A stretch of 64,000 nucleotides of DNA from an uncultured Bacteroidales bacterium (GTDB lineage Bacteria > Bacteroidota > Bacteroidia > Bacteroidales > P3), in the NCBI GenBank assembly GCA_900317285.1, contig ONGA01000011.1, forward strand, positions 4,107 through 68,106, given 5' to 3'. Shown here piece after piece: positions 18,001-25,418 of this stretch. The stretch's first letter is position 1. Each line of letters starts with the position of its first letter. Both the position numbers and the translations under genes were made by a program. The notes beneath the pieces were generated by a model that was not told where the DNA came from, made no database searches, and worked only from the letters and a program-made list of their open reading frames with translations.

Positions 18001-20055
18001 ATGAAGAAGATAATCATCACAATCATATCGTTATTGCCGTTGATGGCTGCGGCGCAGAGCCATCATGACACGGTACGTCTGCGCCAGGTGGTGGTAACTG
18101 CCACGCAACACGCCACTTCGCGTAGCGAGGCTCCCACGGCGGTGGGTGTGGTCGACGACAAACAGATGGAGGCCGTGAACGCCGTCAATCTCGGCCATGC
18201 TTTGAACTTCAGCACCGGCCTGCGGGTGGAAAACACCTGCCAGAACTGTGGTGCCAACGAGGTGCGCATCAACGGTCTCGGGCAGGCCTACTCGCAGATT
18301 CTCATCGACAGTCGTCCGGTAAACAGCGCGCTGGCGGGTGTCTACTTGCTCGACCAGCTGCCGACAGCCTTAATCGACCGCATCGAGGTGCTGCGCGGCG
18401 GTGGCTCGGCACTATATGGCAGCAACGCCATTGCCGGCGTCATCAACGTCATCACCCACGAACCGCACTCAAACGGCGCCAGCGTCGGCAACGCCACCAC
18501 CCTTATTGGTGGACGGAGCTGGGATTTTAGCAACTCGTTCAATGCATCCGTGGTTACCGGCGACCGTAGTGCCGGCATCGCCGTCTTTGGCCACAACCGG
18601 AGCCGAGAGCCATACGACCATAATGGCGACGGCTATTCGGAGGTAGGCCAGCTCAAGGCCCGCATGGTGGGCTTCCGTGGCTACCTGCGCACCACCGACT
18701 TCTCGAAACTCAACCTCGAATACCACAATATCCACGACTTCCGCCGCGGTGGCGACCGCTTCGACCAGCCTTCACCCATGGCCCACATCAGCGAGGGTGG
18801 CGAGCACGACATCCATTGCGCCAACCTCAAATGGGATTGGCTGCCCGCCAGCGGCTTGCGCCATGCCTCGCTCTTTGCCTCAATGCAGCATGTTGACCGC
18901 CAGAGCTACTACGGCGAGCGCGACGATAGCGAGCCCTTTGGCACCGCTTACGGTTATACGAAGGATCTGACACTCAACTACGGGGCTATTTACAGCCGTC
19001 ATTTCGACACCCTGTGGTTCATGCCTGCCGAGCTGACTTTCGGCGTCGAGCATACCTTCGACCGCCTGCGGGACCACACCTTCGGCAGTCCCGACACCTT
19101 GTACCAGAACATTGGCATCTTGAGTGCCTACATGCAGAACGAGTGGAAGAATAGCAAATGGAGCATCCTGATAGGGGCACGCATGGACAAACACACCATG
19201 ATTGAAGCACCCGTGGTGAGTCCGCGCCTCAATCTGCGCTACGCCCCCAGCGACCACCTCACCCTTCGCGCCGGCTACGCTTCGGGCTTCCGCGCACCGC
19301 AGGTGTACGACGAAGACCTGCATGTTGGTGCCGTCAATGGGGAGCTCTACAAGATTACCAACGCCCCTGACCTCCGCATGGAGCGGTCACATTCGCTCAC
19401 CGGCTCGGCCGACTTCTGCTTCCACCTCGGCAGCCTCGAGGCAGACCTGCTTGTCGAGGGCTTTTATACCCGCATCAACGATGCTTTTGTTAACGAACTG
19501 CTTTTCGACGACACTGCCAGTGGATATATTCACTATGAGCGCCGCAACGCCGACGGTGCTGAGGTGATGGGTCTCAATGTTGAGATGACCGTCTCTCCCA
19601 TAGAATCCATGCGTCTGCAGCTAGGCGGCACTTGGCAGCGTAGCCTCTATACCGGTCAGGGAAAAGAATGGGACGAGGGCCGGTTCGAGCGCCGCATGGA
19701 ACGTACTCCCGACCTCTACGCCTACCTCACCGGCATCTATACCCCCGTCAGACGTTTGCAACTCACTGCCACCGGCATCTTCACCGGTCCCATGCTGGTG
19801 TATCATAACGTGGCCACCGCCACTGGCACCGAGGCGGAGAAGGTCATCACCGACTCTTTTCTCGACCTCTCGTTCAAGGCCGCCTACAGCATCCCCTTTG
19901 GCGAAAGCACAGAACTGGAGCTCAGCGTCGGTGTGCAGAACATCCTAAACAGCTATCAACGCGATCTCGACAGCGGCGTCGAGCGCGACGCCGCCTATAT
20001 CTACGGGCCCTCGTTGCCCCGTTCTCTTCTCTTTGGCGCCAAACTGAGTATCTAA
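18001..20055 (+). CDS. TonB-dependent outer-membrane receptor
   Basis: 684 aa. Signal peptide. Plug region (VVVTATQHATSRSEAPTAVGVV; IDRIEVLRGGGSALYGSNAIAGVINVIT). Beta-barrel C-terminus. Confidence 0.9.
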   Translation: MKKIIITIISLLPLMAAAQSHHDTVRLRQVVVTATQHATSRSEAPTAVGVVDDKQMEAVNAVNLGHALNFSTGLRVENTCQNCGANEVRINGLGQAYSQILIDSRPVNSALAGVYLLDQLPTALIDRIEVLRGGGSALYGSNAIAGVINVITHEPHSNGASVGNATTLIGGRSWDFSNSFNASVVTGDRSAGIAVFGHNRSREPYDHNGDGYSEVGQLKARMVGFRGYLRTTDFSKLNLEYHNIHDFRRGGDRFDQPSPMAHISEGGEHDIHCANLKWDWLPASGLRHASLFASMQHVDRQSYYGERDDSEPFGTAYGYTKDLTLNYGAIYSRHFDTLWFMPAELTFGVEHTFDRLRDHTFGSPDTLYQNIGILSAYMQNEWKNSKWSILIGARMDKHTMIEAPVVSPRLNLRYAPSDHLTLRAGYASGFRAPQVYDEDLHVGAVNGELYKITNAPDLRMERSHSLTGSADFCFHLGSLEADLLVEGFYTRINDAFVNELLFDDTASGYIHYERRNADGAEVMGLNVEMTVSPIESMRLQLGGTWQRSLYTGQGKEWDEGRFERRMERTPDLYAYLTGIYTPVRRLQLTATGIFTGPMLVYHNVATATGTEAEKVITDSFLDLSFKAAYSIPFGESTELELSVGVQNILNSYQRDLDSGVERDAAYIYGPSLPRSLLFGAKLSI

Positions 20056-20099
20056 AAAATACCGCCGCAAGGGCTTCGCGCTCTTGCGGCGGTATTTTT
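20055..20099. terminator. bidirectional intrinsic terminator (TBDR / radical SAM convergent pair)
   Basis: A-run, ATACCGCCGCAAG ... CTTGCGGCGGTAT, then T-run. Confidence 0.8.
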
Positions 20100-20135
20100 A
20101 GTGCGGAAAGGAGCCTATTGGGTCGGTCCCCATTT

Positions 20136-21215
20136 TTAATTTATCATGGCTTCCACCTCGTCGCGGTGTTCGTAGAGGGTGCAGCCGCCGGTATGTTCCC
20201 ATCCCAGGGCACGGGCATTGCGAATCTTATGGAATAGGGGAGAGGTGATGGCGGCACGGAGGCCGTCGCGGGCGGCATTGGTGTCGCTGTAGGGCGAGAA
20301 GGGACAGGGCTCGGCACTGCCGTCGGGACCTATGTGGAAAAATCCGCGTCCCGCGGCCATACAGCCGTCGAGGACTTTTTCGTCGCCAGGGAAGCTGAGG
20401 AAAATCATGCCCTTGTACTGCCCGCGCCGCTGCTCCACTATCTGTTCCATCTCGGTCACATGCTCGTCACGGAAGGCCAGATGCTCTGTCGTCTCATCGA
20501 AGGGGACATACTCCACATAGAACACCAGTCGGCACCCCAGCTCGGCTAGGTGAGAGAGGAAGGCCTCGGAGGTCACCTCGTGGTAGTTCTCCGTTGTGAC
20601 GGTGATGCTGGTGCCGAAGAAGAGCTTCTCCTTGTGCAGCATCTCCATCGAGAGCAACGCCCGCTGGTAGACCCCGTTGCCACGCCGCTCGTCGGTGGCC
20701 GCCATCTCGCCCTCGAGGCTGATGACGGGGATGAGGTTGAGGTTGCGTTTGAAGAACTCCGTGTACACCGCGCCAATCATCGTGCCGTTGGTGAAGACGG
20801 GGAAGATGATGTCGCCCGTAGCGGCAGCAGCCTCCAGGATGGCACGTTGCGTCAACGGTTCGCCGCCTGCCAGCAGGCAGAAACTGATGCCTAGCTCGGC
20901 GGTCTCGTGGAAGATGGTCTCCCACTGTTTGGGCGTGAGCGTCTCTTTCGCGGGCGTGTCACTGGCGATGCCGTTCTTGCGGGCATAGCAGCCTTTGCAT
21001 TGCAGATTGCAGGTGGTGGCAATGCTGGCAATGAGAAACGGCGGCACAGCGACACCCTCTTTCTCAAGGTACGCCTTGCGCCGCCGTTCGGCTTTGCTGA
21101 TGGTGCGTTGCATCTTGGTCACGAAGCGCGTCTCGCGCGGATTGCCCAGCACGTTGAGGTAAGCCGTTGCCATGATGTTGCGGATGCTCTCCGCCATGTG
21201 TGCACCTAGGTCCAT
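20136..21215 (-). CDS. radical SAM enzyme with N-terminal extension and C-terminal Cys-containing (twitch/SPASM-like) region
   Basis: CxxxCxxC in ATTCNLQCKGCYA. GGEPL motif. C-terminal GCMAAGRGFFHIGPDGSAEPC...GGCTLY. Start set at MDLGAH (ATG 21213-21215), because the track's start at 21266 would overlap the upstream small ORF. Confidence 0.8.
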   Translation of the reverse strand: MDLGAHMAESIRNIMATAYLNVLGNPRETRFVTKMQRTISKAERRRKAYLEKEGVAVPPFLIASIATTCNLQCKGCYARKNGIASDTPAKETLTPKQWETIFHETAELGISFCLLAGGEPLTQRAILEAAAATGDIIFPVFTNGTMIGAVYTEFFKRNLNLIPVISLEGEMAATDERRGNGVYQRALLSMEMLHKEKLFFGTSITVTTENYHEVTSEAFLSHLAELGCRLVFYVEYVPFDETTEHLAFRDEHVTEMEQIVEQRRGQYKGMIFLSFPGDEKVLDGCMAAGRGFFHIGPDGSAEPCPFSPYSDTNAARDGLRAAITSPLFHKIRNARALGWEHTGGCTLYEHRDEVEAMIN

Positions 21216-21219
21216 GGTA

Positions 21220-21393
21220 TTATTGTGCCGGTGCCCACTTGCAGCGGACGGGCGAGACGATGGCACCTTCTTTCTTCAGGGCGTCGAAGGCTTTGTCGAC
21301 CTCCTTGCGGTCAGCGTTGAGCATCTTGGTGACATCCCCAGCGGAAACGGGTTTGCCAGCTTCGCGCATGGCTTGTAAAACTTTCTCTTTCAT
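21220..21393 (-). CDS. 57-aa winged-helix-like small protein (absent from the ORF track because it is under 60 aa)
   Basis: Manual translation: MKEKVLQAMREAGKPVSAGDVTKMLNADRKEVDKAFDALKKEGAIVSPVRCKWAPAQ. ATG is 3 nt after the ferritin-like stop; its own stop is 4 nt before the rSAM ATG. GC3-rich codon usage like the neighbours. Confidence 0.65.
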   Translation of the reverse strand: MKEKVLQAMREAGKPVSAGDVTKMLNADRKEVDKAFDALKKEGAIVSPVRCKWAPAQ

Positions 21394-21396
21394 GGC

Positions 21397-21858
21397 TTAC
21401 ATCATTGCAGTTAAGAAATTCTCGTAGCCGAGTTTTTTGATGTAGTTGAGGTACTGCGCCTCCCAGGCCATGTGGTCCTTCTCGCCTTCGATCCATTTCT
21501 GGATGAGCTTCTGGGTGATGTAGTCGTCGGCGAAGGCGGCGGCCATCTCGTTCATCATTTTTATGGCCTCGGGGTTATAGTCGCTCTCAATCTGCTTCTT
21601 CGGGTCGTCGTAGAAGGGGAACTCCTCGGTCTTCATCAGCTTCTGCAACTCAGCGGGCTTATAGCCAAGTTCCACCAGACGGTTGAGTACCTCTTCGGCC
21701 TCGTCCCATTCCTCTTCGGCTTCCTCTTTCCATTTGTCGGCCAGTTTGTTCCAGCCCTGCATGCGGCAATAGGCCGAGAAGGCGAAATGCTGTTTGCTGT
21801 TACCGAACCAACCAGCGCCAAGCATGGCGAAATTCTTCAAAGCTTCTTTTTTTGTCAT
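21397..21858 (-). CDS. divergent ferritin-like four-helix-bundle protein
   Basis: 153 aa. By-eye alignment to FtnA: ...ADKWKEEAEEEWDEAEEVLNRLVELGYKP... and ...KWIEGEKDHMAWEAQYL.... Several canonical di-iron ligand positions are substituted. Confidence 0.5.
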   Translation of the reverse strand: MTKKEALKNFAMLGAGWFGNSKQHFAFSAYCRMQGWNKLADKWKEEAEEEWDEAEEVLNRLVELGYKPAELQKLMKTEEFPFYDDPKKQIESDYNPEAIKMMNEMAAAFADDYITQKLIQKWIEGEKDHMAWEAQYLNYIKKLGYENFLTAMM

Positions 21859-21901
21859 AATTGCAACGATTTTAAACGGTTAATAAAAATATTTAACTGT
21901 A

Positions 21902-22348
21902 TTATTTTAATCTTTTCAAACCCTCAATCAATTTGTCGAGCGTGGGGATCATCGTCAGAATTTCCTCCTCCTCGCCCGTCTTCAGAGCCACATCGCGACT
22001 GAGACAGCTGGGGATGGGCTTCGCCTGCATGTAGAGGTCCTTGCCCTTCTGGGTCAGTGAGACAATGCGCTGGCGTGTGTCCTCTTTGCCCTTGGTACGG
22101 ACAATCAACCCCGACTTCTCCATGCGTTGCAGCAATGGCGTCACTGTATTGGTGTCGAGCAGCAACTTCTTGGCGATGTCGCATACCGGCTGCCGGTCCT
22201 GTTCCCAGAGCACGAGCATCACAAGATACTGGGGGTAGGTGAGGCCCAGCGGGTCGAGATAAGGGTGGTATGCACCCATTGTGAGTCGTGCTGCCGTGTA
22301 GAGTCGGAAGCAGAGTTGGTTTTCCAGTTTTAGTTGATTTTCAGTCAT
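21902..22348 (-). CDS. ohrR: MarR-family regulator of the OhrR (organic hydroperoxide sensing) type
   Basis: 148 aa. LENQLCFRLYTAAR with the conserved sensing Cys. wHTH LTYPQYLVMLVLWE...IAKKLLLDTNTVTPLLQRMEKSGLI. Confidence 0.8.
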   Translation of the reverse strand: MTENQLKLENQLCFRLYTAARLTMGAYHPYLDPLGLTYPQYLVMLVLWEQDRQPVCDIAKKLLLDTNTVTPLLQRMEKSGLIVRTKGKEDTRQRIVSLTQKGKDLYMQAKPIPSCLSRDVALKTGEEEEILTMIPTLDKLIEGLKRLK

Positions 22349-22392
22349 CTAAATTATGTCAGATGGTATTCTTATTTATGTCGTTCACGATG

Positions 22393-22422
22393 CAAAAATA
22401 CAAAATAAATTTATATCGCAAA
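22393..22422 (-). promoter_or_regulatory. promoter of the ohrR operon: -7 TATTTTTG, -33 TTTG, with the palindrome ATAAATTTAT in the spacer
   Basis: -7 box at 22393-22400, palindrome at 22405-22414, -33 at 22419-22422 (all read on the minus strand). ATG at 22348. Confidence 0.45.
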
Positions 22423-22456
22423 CGATTTATCTAATTTTTTAATAAAAATTAACGTA

Positions 22457-22858
22457 TCAAAGTACCTCGATGAACACCTCCGGCAGGTAGACATTTTCCA
22501 ACGCGAGGGCTTCCTTGAAGAGGGGAGCGACCTCCTGTGGTGTATAGCCGGCGATGCCGCAGCCCACGGCGGTGACCAGGAACGTCAGCTCGGGGTGCTG
22601 CTTGGCGCAGGCGATGAAGTGTTTGACTGCCGCCTTCAGCGAGGCTTCGCCCTCCATGGTGGGAAGGGCGTAGGTGCGGCCCGTAAGTCCTTCGCCGACA
22701 CCCCATTCGGCACCGAACTGCTTGTGCGCAAACCACGCGGCACCGCCGCCGTGGGCACCCTGGATGTTGCTACCGAAGACAAAAATCTCGTTCTCGCCGA
22801 GTTCGGTGATGTTGTCCGACGCCACGCGGCGCCCACCAATAATCTGAGTGTTTTTCAT
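22457..22858 (-). CDS. conserved 133-aa protein with IFVFGSN...G.HGGGAA...YALPT motifs (resembles the family NCBI names A1S_2505 phage non-structural protein)
   Basis: Motif recognition from memory only. No signal peptide. Confidence 0.45.
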   Translation of the reverse strand: MKNTQIIGGRRVASDNITELGENEIFVFGSNIQGAHGGGAAWFAHKQFGAEWGVGEGLTGRTYALPTMEGEASLKAAVKHFIACAKQHPELTFLVTAVGCGIAGYTPQEVAPLFKEALALENVYLPEVFIEVL

Positions 22859-22886
22859 AATCGTAAATGTTTTGGATTTCCGACTG

Positions 22887-22894
22887 CAAAATTA
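22887..22894 (-). promoter_or_regulatory. -7 promoter box (TAATTTTG)
   Basis: ctgcaaaattacgaaa, 29 nt upstream of ATG 22858. Confidence 0.45.
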
Positions 22895-22900
22895 CGAAAT

Positions 22901-22932
22901 AATGTTTAATGTTTAAAGTTTAATGTTTAAGG
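22901..22932. repeat. GTTTAA word-stutter repeat
   Basis: aatgtttaatgtttaaagtttaatgtttaagg. Confidence 0.7.
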
Positions 22933-22947
22933 AATGGAAAAAAAGTG

Positions 22948-22955
22948 TATCTTTG
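22948..22955 (+). promoter_or_regulatory. -7 promoter box (TATCTTTG)
   Basis: gtgtatctttgcagtg. It overlaps the track's start at 22945, so the real start is ATG 22963. Confidence 0.5.
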
Positions 22956-22962
22956 CAGTGCG

Positions 22963-23463
22963 ATGGTGATGCATATCGATGATATTAAAGCGCTGGCTAA
23001 GAGCGCGCACGGCGATGCTGGGGTGCGTGAGCGGCTGTTTGCGACCCTGCTGGATGCGCAGACGTCCTCGTCTGCCATAACGCCATCCCATGCCGCCTGG
23101 GCGCTGACGCACCTCCCCAAGGAGGACAATATATATATAAATATGTATCGCGCGCGATTGGTGCAGCTCGCCATCTCCACCCCCGAGGTGCCGCTGCGGC
23201 GCCTCTCCATGGTGCTCCTCGAGAGGCTGGAGTGGGGGAGGGACGACGTGCGCACCGACCTGCTCGACTTCTGTCTCGAGCACATGATGCTCGCCGACGA
23301 GCCCTACGGCGTCAAGGCCCTCTGCATAAAACTCGCCTACCGGCAGTGCCGCCACTACCCCGAGCTCTGTGCCGAGCTCAAGCAGAGCCTCCTGCTCATG
23401 GAGCCCTCCGAACTCGGCGCCGGAGTGAAACACACCCGCGAAAAAATTCTCAAGCTGCTATGA
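22963..23463 (+). CDS. helical-repeat (HEAT/AlkD-like) hypothetical protein
   Basis: ~166 aa, predicted all-alpha. Stop overlaps the next gene's ATG (ATGA). Confidence 0.45.
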   Translation: MVMHIDDIKALAKSAHGDAGVRERLFATLLDAQTSSSAITPSHAAWALTHLPKEDNIYINMYRARLVQLAISTPEVPLRRLSMVLLERLEWGRDDVRTDLLDFCLEHMMLADEPYGVKALCIKLAYRQCRHYPELCAELKQSLLLMEPSELGAGVKHTREKILKLL

Positions 23464-24119
23464 CTATACAGGAACGACTCTTTGCTCTGCGCGACGAAAC
23501 CTATGCCGCCTTCTCCGCCAAGCTCATCCCCACCGTCGAGCCCGACCGCTTCATCGGTGTGCGTTCGCCACAGCTGCGTGCTATCGCCAAAGAGTTGAAA
23601 AACAACGCGTCAGAGTTTCTCTCGGCTTTGCCGCACCGTTATCACGAGGAGAATATGCTCCACGCCTACCTGCTCTGCGTCGGCAGCGATTATGCGACTG
23701 TCGTCGAGCAAACGGAGCGCTTCCTGCCCTTCGTCGACAACTGGGCCGTCTGCGACTCGCTGGCGCCCCGCGCCTTCGCCCGCCACAAGGCGGAGCTGAT
23801 GCCGCGAATCGAAAAGTGGATGTCGGCAGAGCACGAATACACCGTGCGCTTCGGCATCGGCACCTTGATGCGCCACTACCTCGACGCCGACTTCCAGCCG
23901 GAACACCTCCGCCGCGTCGCCGAAATTCATCGCAACGAATACTATATCAAGATGATGCAGGCGTGGTACTTCGCCACCGCCCTCGCCAAGCAGTGGGACG
24001 CCACGCTTCCCATGCTCGACTCGCTCGAGCCCTGGGTCCGTGCCAAATCCATACAGAAAGCCATCGAAAGCTTCCGCGTCAGCCCCGACCACAAGACCCT
24101 GCTCAGAACCTTGCGCTGA
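23460..24119 (+). CDS. DNA alkylation repair enzyme family protein (AlkD-like HEAT-like repeats)
   Basis: Start MTIQERLFALRDETYAAFSAKLIP.... Motifs IGVRSPQLRAIAKEL and DNWAVCD typical of the PF08713-type family. The upstream part of track ORF 23232.. is out-of-context Arg-rich sequence. Confidence 0.7.
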   Translation: MTIQERLFALRDETYAAFSAKLIPTVEPDRFIGVRSPQLRAIAKELKNNASEFLSALPHRYHEENMLHAYLLCVGSDYATVVEQTERFLPFVDNWAVCDSLAPRAFARHKAELMPRIEKWMSAEHEYTVRFGIGTLMRHYLDADFQPEHLRRVAEIHRNEYYIKMMQAWYFATALAKQWDATLPMLDSLEPWVRAKSIQKAIESFRVSPDHKTLLRTLR

Positions 24120-24122
24120 CGC

Positions 24123-24851
24123 TCACTCCCGCGGCACCGTCTCCGGAGCCTCAGTCTCCCGCGAATCTATTATAACTATCGAATCCTTCGCCTCTGTCTC
24201 CCCGGTCCCAACCATCGTGATGTCAGAATCATTCGGCGATTCGGAAGCGGGCAACTCGAAGTCTACCAGGTACTTGCTGTTGGAGATACGCCCCTGGCGA
24301 TCCTCCACCACAGCCCACACATGCTCGTAGCCCTCGGGCAGCAGAAAGGCGGCATGCTTCGCGCGGCGCTCCGCCGAGCCCAGCTTGCAGCAATGGCGCT
24401 CCGACTCCGAGTAGGCGTAGAAATGCACCTTGTCGTCGGCCTTCGCGCCGCTCACCATCAGGTTCTTCTCCCAGCGCGCCTCCAGGCTCCCGCCCTCGCG
24501 CACCACCGCCGTGAAGTCCACCATGGGTACCGCTCCCACGCTGACTTTCAGCTCGCTAAGCTCTGGCATCGCGTCGCGCCGCCAGTTGGTCTTCACGAAG
24601 GCATTGCCCTCCGTCATCTCCCACAGCTGCGCCTGCGAGCGGAAGCCCACCTTCAGCACCGGCAGCAGCGACGACGCCAGCCGCACAATCTCCTTGAACA
24701 TCATGCGGTGCGCCACCTGCCGCTCCGTGCGCGGATTGCACACCTGGTGCGGCAGTCGCCGCACCACCCATTTGCTACCCAGCCGGTAGCCTACCACGGG
24801 ACCGACACGTCCCTCGAATCCTCCCAGGATTCCCTGATAAATCTTCGCCAT
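24123..24851 (-). CDS. hypothetical protein (DUF6266-like, Bacteroidota-restricted)
   Basis: Start MAKIYQGILGGFEGRVGPVVGY. Acidic C-terminal tail. Family name is from memory. Confidence 0.45.
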   Translation of the reverse strand: MAKIYQGILGGFEGRVGPVVGYRLGSKWVVRRLPHQVCNPRTERQVAHRMMFKEIVRLASSLLPVLKVGFRSQAQLWEMTEGNAFVKTNWRRDAMPELSELKVSVGAVPMVDFTAVVREGGSLEARWEKNLMVSGAKADDKVHFYAYSESERHCCKLGSAERRAKHAAFLLPEGYEHVWAVVEDRQGRISNSKYLVDFELPASESPNDSDITMVGTGETEAKDSIVIIDSRETEAPETVPRE

Positions 24852-25069
24852 GATTCTGAGTGTTTTACGATTCCCCGCCAGCAGTCTCCCGCTCGCGGAC
24901 AAGAGTCTTTTTCTATCTCCAATAACTGCCTTGCCGCCGAAAAATTGCCTCCCGCTCCACATTTATTTATCAACACTATCGTATCCCTAGCGTAAAGTAC
25001 TGGAAAGGATAGCGATACCCTAGGTTGCTCTATCCTTAGGCTATATATACTCTATGGGTAGGCTATTAA

Positions 25070-25390
25070 CAAAGGAATGGAACAGGGGGAAGGGGGAGGG
25101 CAGAGGGGTTTGAAAACAGATAGTGTATAAATAAGGAATGGATTGGGAACTGGTGGAGGGAGAGGGGAGAATGGATTGGACGGCGATGGCGGGAAAGGGG
25201 AACGATGAAAATAGGAGAGGGGAGAATGGATTGAAAGCTGATGGAGAGAAAAGGGTGGAGGAATGGCGGAGGGAGGATGGGAAATTCGAATCCGGGGAGA
25301 GGGGTGGGAGGTGGGAAATGGGGGAGGGGAGAAATCGACGCTGAGCGATTTTCTCCTCAATCTGGGACGCCAGGTGGGTCAAGGGGGAGA
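25070..25390 (+). repeat. ~320-bp homopurine (G/A) tract with multiple G-quadruplex motifs and GGAGAATGGATTG words
   Basis: The plus strand is almost free of C/T runs. PQS at 25085-25108 (G5 aa G5 a G3 caga G4) and 25294-25329. GGAGAATGGATTG at about 25165 and 25219. Confidence 0.85.
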
Positions 25391-25418
25391 TATGCGATTA
25401 GAAGCGATTTTTTGCGTT

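Noticed and set aside
20136-21215. Radical SAM gene as a second NrdG-type activase or an anaerobic sulfatase maturase
   Set aside because: The CxxxCxxC lies ~70 residues from the N-terminus after a long extension, unlike either family. The real nrdG is present at 26316-26819. No sulfatase or glycyl-radical enzyme is adjacent. Its subfamily remains unassigned.
25285-25293. TTCGAATCC, a T-loop-like string suggesting a tRNA
   Set aside because: The flanks are homopurine and cannot form T-arm, acceptor or anticodon stems. No tRNA-like cloverleaf was found in the intergenic regions I read through.
25041-25382. 113-aa Pro/Ser/Phe-rich minus-strand ORF (and the overlapping 102-aa ORF) in the big intergenic gap
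   Set aside because: It is the pyrimidine strand of the homopurine tract read in frame. It lacks the GC3 bias of real genes here, has no signal or domain features, and two frames are equally open.
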